Origin: Polyangiaceae bacterium
Lineage (GTDB): Bacteria > Myxococcota_A > Polyangia > Polyangiales > Polyangiaceae
Direction of reading: 5' to 3'
DNA length: 45,165 nt
Assembly (NCBI GenBank): GCA_044222475.1
Contig: JBGANF010000057.1
Location: forward strand, 1-45,165
Position numbers and translations under genes: made by a program. Shown here piece by piece: positions 42,333 through 45,165 of this stretch. The notes below the pieces were generated by a model. The model had not been told where the DNA came from and did no database searches. It saw nothing but the letters and a program-made list of their open reading frames with translations. Within the stretch, counting starts at the first letter, position 1; each line of letters begins with the position of its first letter.

Positions 42333-42914
42333 ATGCAAGGCAACGGCCCGCCCCAAGGTCCTCCCGGTTATCCGCCGCCCGGGCAGCCGCCGCAGTACGG
42401 CCAGCCGCAACAGCAGCAGCAGCAGTACCCGCAGCCGCAGCAGTACGGCCAGCCGCAGCAACAGTACCCGCAGCAGCCGCAGCAACAGTACCCGCAGCAG
42501 CCGCAGCAACAGTACCCGCAGCCCTACGGCGGAGCGCCGCAGGCCTACGGTCAGCCGCCGCCCGCCGCCGGCTACGGCTACCCGCCGCCGCAAGGCTACG
42601 GACAGCAGCCCGGCTACGGGCCGCCGGCGGGATACGGACAAGCGCCGATGCAAGGCTTCGGCGGAGCGATGCCCGGGATGTGGAGCGGCTTCGGTTGCCC
42701 GCAGTGCGGGAGCCAGTACGTGAGCCAGCCGACGTTCACGTGGTGGGGCGGCATGATCGGACCGAAGCTGTTCAACCACACCGTCTGCAACGGCTGCGGC
42801 TTCGGTTACAACGCGAAGACGGGCAAGAGCAACTCGACCGCGATCGGCATCTACGTCGGCGTCGTGCTGATCATCGTGTTCATGCTGATGGGTCTGCGGA
42901 TCGCGGCAGGCTAG
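42333..42914 (+). CDS. Q/P/G/Y low-complexity protein with zinc ribbon and C-terminal TM
   Basis: PQQQY repeats (21-bp tandem unit at ~42449-42522), CPQC...H..CNGC, terminal hydrophobic helix. Confidence 0.78.
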   Translation: MQGNGPPQGPPGYPPPGQPPQYGQPQQQQQQYPQPQQYGQPQQQYPQQPQQQYPQQPQQQYPQPYGGAPQAYGQPPPAAGYGYPPPQGYGQQPGYGPPAGYGQAPMQGFGGAMPGMWSGFGCPQCGSQYVSQPTFTWWGGMIGPKLFNHTVCNGCGFGYNAKTGKSNSTAIGIYVGVVLIIVFMLMGLRIAAG

Positions 42915-43525
42915 GCCTTCGCGAGAAGGGTCGCGATGCGACTCCACAGCTCGTCGCGACCGGCGCCGCTCTCGGCGCTGAAGCCGATGACGCGCGCGCC
43001 GGCGTCCTTGCCGATCGCGGCGATGGCCGGCTTCCGCTTCGATCCGGGGAGCTTGTCGATCTTGGTCGCGACCACGACGAGGGGCTTCTTCGTCTGAGCC
43101 CAGAACTCGATCAGCTCGGCGTCGTCGCTCTCGATGCCGCGGCGCACGTCGACGAGGAGCACGAGCGCGAGGAGCGCATCGCGCCCGAGGAGGTAGCCCT
43201 CGATCATCGGCCCCCACGAGAGCTTCTCGTCCTTCGATCGTTGCGCGAAGCCGTAGCCCGGCAGATCCGTGCACACCAGCGCGGTGCTCTCGCCCTTCAC
43301 CCGGACCTTGGCCTCGAACAGGTTGATCTGGCGCGTGCACCCTGGAGTGCGGCTCGTGCGGACGAGCTTCTTCCTCGAGAGCAGCGCGTTGAGGAGGCTG
43401 GATTTCCCCACGTTCGAGCGACCGGCAAACGCGATCTCGGGGAGAGCGGCCTCGGGCAGGCCGCCCGCCTTCGTCGCCGCGGCGAGGAACGCGGCGTGAG
43501 TCACGAGGTACGGATCGGTCTGCAT
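42911..43525 (-). CDS. engB: ribosome biogenesis GTP-binding protein YihA/YsxC
   Basis: EIAFAGRSNVGKSSLLN, SRTPGCT, DLPGYG, TKID and FSA. Confidence 0.96.
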   Translation of the reverse strand: MQTDPYLVTHAAFLAAATKAGGLPEAALPEIAFAGRSNVGKSSLLNALLSRKKLVRTSRTPGCTRQINLFEAKVRVKGESTALVCTDLPGYGFAQRSKDEKLSWGPMIEGYLLGRDALLALVLLVDVRRGIESDDAELIEFWAQTKKPLVVVATKIDKLPGSKRKPAIAAIGKDAGARVIGFSAESGAGRDELWSRIATLLAKA

Positions 43526-43579
43526 GGGAGGGACCGTACATAGCATGACGGCGCGCGAAGGCTGCGGTATGGCAGGGGC

Positions 43580-44278
43580 ATGGGCGCACAGTGGAAGCAG
43601 AAGAACCGCGAAGCCTCGGCCAACGCGAAGGGCCGCATGTTCACGAAGCTCGCGAAGGAGATCATGGTCGCGGCGAAGAACGGCGCGGACCCGAGCATGA
43701 ACCCGCGGCTGCGCATGGCGGTCGAAGCGGCGAAGAAGGCGTCGATGACGAAGGACACGCTGGAGCGCGCCATCAAGAAGGGCGCCGGGCTCCTCGACGA
43801 GGTCGTCCAGTACGAGACCGTGACGTACGAGGGCTTCGCGCCGCATCAGGTGCCGGTGATCGTCGAGTGCCTGACCGACAACCGGAACCGTACGTCGGCC
43901 AACGTTCGCGTCCTGTTCCGCAAGGGGCAGCTCGGCGCGTCGGGATCGGTGTCGTGGGATTTCGCGCGGATCGGTCAGGTCGAGGCGACGGCCCCTGCCG
44001 CCGGCGTCGACGCCGAAGAAGCCGCGATCGAGTGCGGGGCGCAGGACGTGGAGTCCGATCCGGACGGAACGACGCGGTTCTACACGGACGCCGGCGACGT
44101 GGACGTCGTGAGCAAGGCTCTCGCCGACCGGAAGTGGACGGTCACGTCGGCGCAGCAGATCTGGAAGGCGAAGAACCCGGTCGCGCTCGAGGGGGCGCAG
44201 CGCGCCGAGGTCGAGGCGTTCCTCGAGGGCCTCGACGAAGACGACGACGTGCAGAACCTGTACGTCGGGCTGGCGTGA
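43580..44278 (+). CDS. yebC: YebC/PmpR family protein
   Basis: [37 protein letters not shown] and [11 protein letters not shown]. Confidence 0.95.
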   Translation: MGAQWKQKNREASANAKGRMFTKLAKEIMVAAKNGADPSMNPRLRMAVEAAKKASMTKDTLERAIKKGAGLLDEVVQYETVTYEGFAPHQVPVIVECLTDNRNRTSANVRVLFRKGQLGASGSVSWDFARIGQVEATAPAAGVDAEEAAIECGAQDVESDPDGTTRFYTDAGDVDVVSKALADRKWTVTSAQQIWKAKNPVALEGAQRAEVEAFLEGLDEDDDVQNLYVGLA

Positions 44279-44315
44279 ATAGCAGGCCGGGTGGGCCGTC
44301 CATCCGGCGCTTCGG

Positions 44316-44726
44316 ATGAGTCACCGCGTCGTCTTTGCTGCGTTCGTCGCTTTCGTCTGCGCCCTCGCCGGCTGCGCGTCGTGTCCGCCGGTGGGAGCCC
44401 ACCGCGAGGGGTTCAGCGAGACGCGATCCGCGAGGCTCGAGCTCGAGCTGCGGGGCAACCGAGTGGCGCAGATGAACGAGAAGCCGGCGACGCTGGTGCT
44501 CACGTGGAAGGAGCCGCTCGCGGGCGAGCTGCTCGTGAAGGACACGACGAGCGCGGTGCGGCTGCGGCGTCCGGTCGACGCTCCCACCGGAGCTCCGGTC
44601 TCGGTGCCGCTGTTGGACGAGAGCGGGAAACCTCTGGACGAGGGGATCTACGAGGTCGAGATCGTCGCGGGGACCGAGCGGGCTCATGCGGGGTTCGAGA
44701 TCTGTCATTGCACGGTTTATTACTGA
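44316..44726 (+). CDS. hypothetical lipoprotein
   Basis: LAGC lipobox; Ig-like EGIYEVEI; C-terminal ICHCTVYY. Confidence 0.65.
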   Translation: MSHRVVFAAFVAFVCALAGCASCPPVGAHREGFSETRSARLELELRGNRVAQMNEKPATLVLTWKEPLAGELLVKDTTSAVRLRRPVDAPTGAPVSVPLLDESGKPLDEGIYEVEIVAGTERAHAGFEICHCTVYY

Positions 44727-44753
44727 TTGGACCGGCGGAGGGATGCCCCTCAC

Positions 44754-44867
44754 CTGGCATGCTCGGCGGCATGCTCGCCTTTTCTGGCGCTACCGCGAAC
44801 CGAAGTACCAACTTGGGACAGCCACTAGCGCCAGAAAAGGCTGCGCGTGCCCGCCTGCGCGTGCCAG
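44754..44867. repeat. long hairpin between convergent genes
   Basis: Perfect 16-bp IR GCCTTTTCTGGCGCTA (44777-44792) / TAGCGCCAGAAAAGGC (44826-44841), extendable imperfectly to 44754/44867. Confidence 0.75.
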
Positions 44868-44915
44868 ACTCTCCCCAAGCGTGGCGCTGCGCGCCACGCG
44901 GGGAGAGTGGTTCCA

Positions 44916-45164
44916 CTAGGGCGCCAACGGCGGTTCCGCGGCCTCGTTCAGCCAATCCTTCAGCGCTGCCGGAGGATTCAGCTTCCGCGCTCGGTCTACG
45001 TTGGTGTGATCGGGCGGCATGCATTCGACGTTGATCACGATTCGATCGCGTGCAGCTCCGGCCCCGAACAATCCTTCCTGATCCACCCGCGACATCGCGC
45101 GCACCATCGCGTCCATCCTCGCTTCGCGGGTGGCGACAGCGACCGCGGGTGACGACGTGGTCCA
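44916..45164 (-). CDS. C-terminal part of a probable DUF4303-like protein (runs off window end)
   Basis: Frame is open to the window edge; DQEGLFGAGAARDRIVINVECMPPD...ARKLNP resembles the DUF4303 C-terminus. Confidence 0.55.
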   Translation of the reverse strand, partial: WTTSSPAVAVATREARMDAMVRAMSRVDQEGLFGAGAARDRIVINVECMPPDHTNVDRARKLNPPAALKDWLNEAAEPPLAP

Positions 45165-45165
45165 C

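Overview
High-GC chromosomal window, most consistent with a myxobacterium (Polyangiaceae/Labilithrix-like; inferred from three Hanks-type Ser/Thr kinases, three sigma54 activators and RCC1/PEGA/'DAG'-linker lipoproteins). Housekeeping genes include bamD, dut, guaA, panB, alkA, ygiQ, engB, yebC, tRNA-Gly(CCC) and tRNA-Val(CAC). Highlights: (1) a ~1.8 kb decayed integrative element bounded by a 26-bp duplication of the tRNA-Gly 3' end. It holds an internally deleted tyrosine-integrase remnant whose frame runs through the att site and would be completed in frame on excision, plus an IS91-like transposase scar and one intact lipoprotein cargo gene. (2) A tightly coupled envelope operon: CX9CH cytochrome-like lipoprotein, SH3/beta-barrel protein, DUF4266, DUF3570, then an RCC1 lipoprotein, with no ApbE/TlpA neighbours. 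(3) A ~600-bp quasi-palindromic hexamer-repeat element and several REP-like hairpins. (4) At least 11 genes with TANNNT 6-9 nt before the start codon, suggesting leaderless mRNAs. (5) An atypical kinase with a ~70-aa insert and two small ORFs likely to be missed. No CRISPR array or rRNA gene is seen. All family calls come from motif recognition by eye, not database searches.
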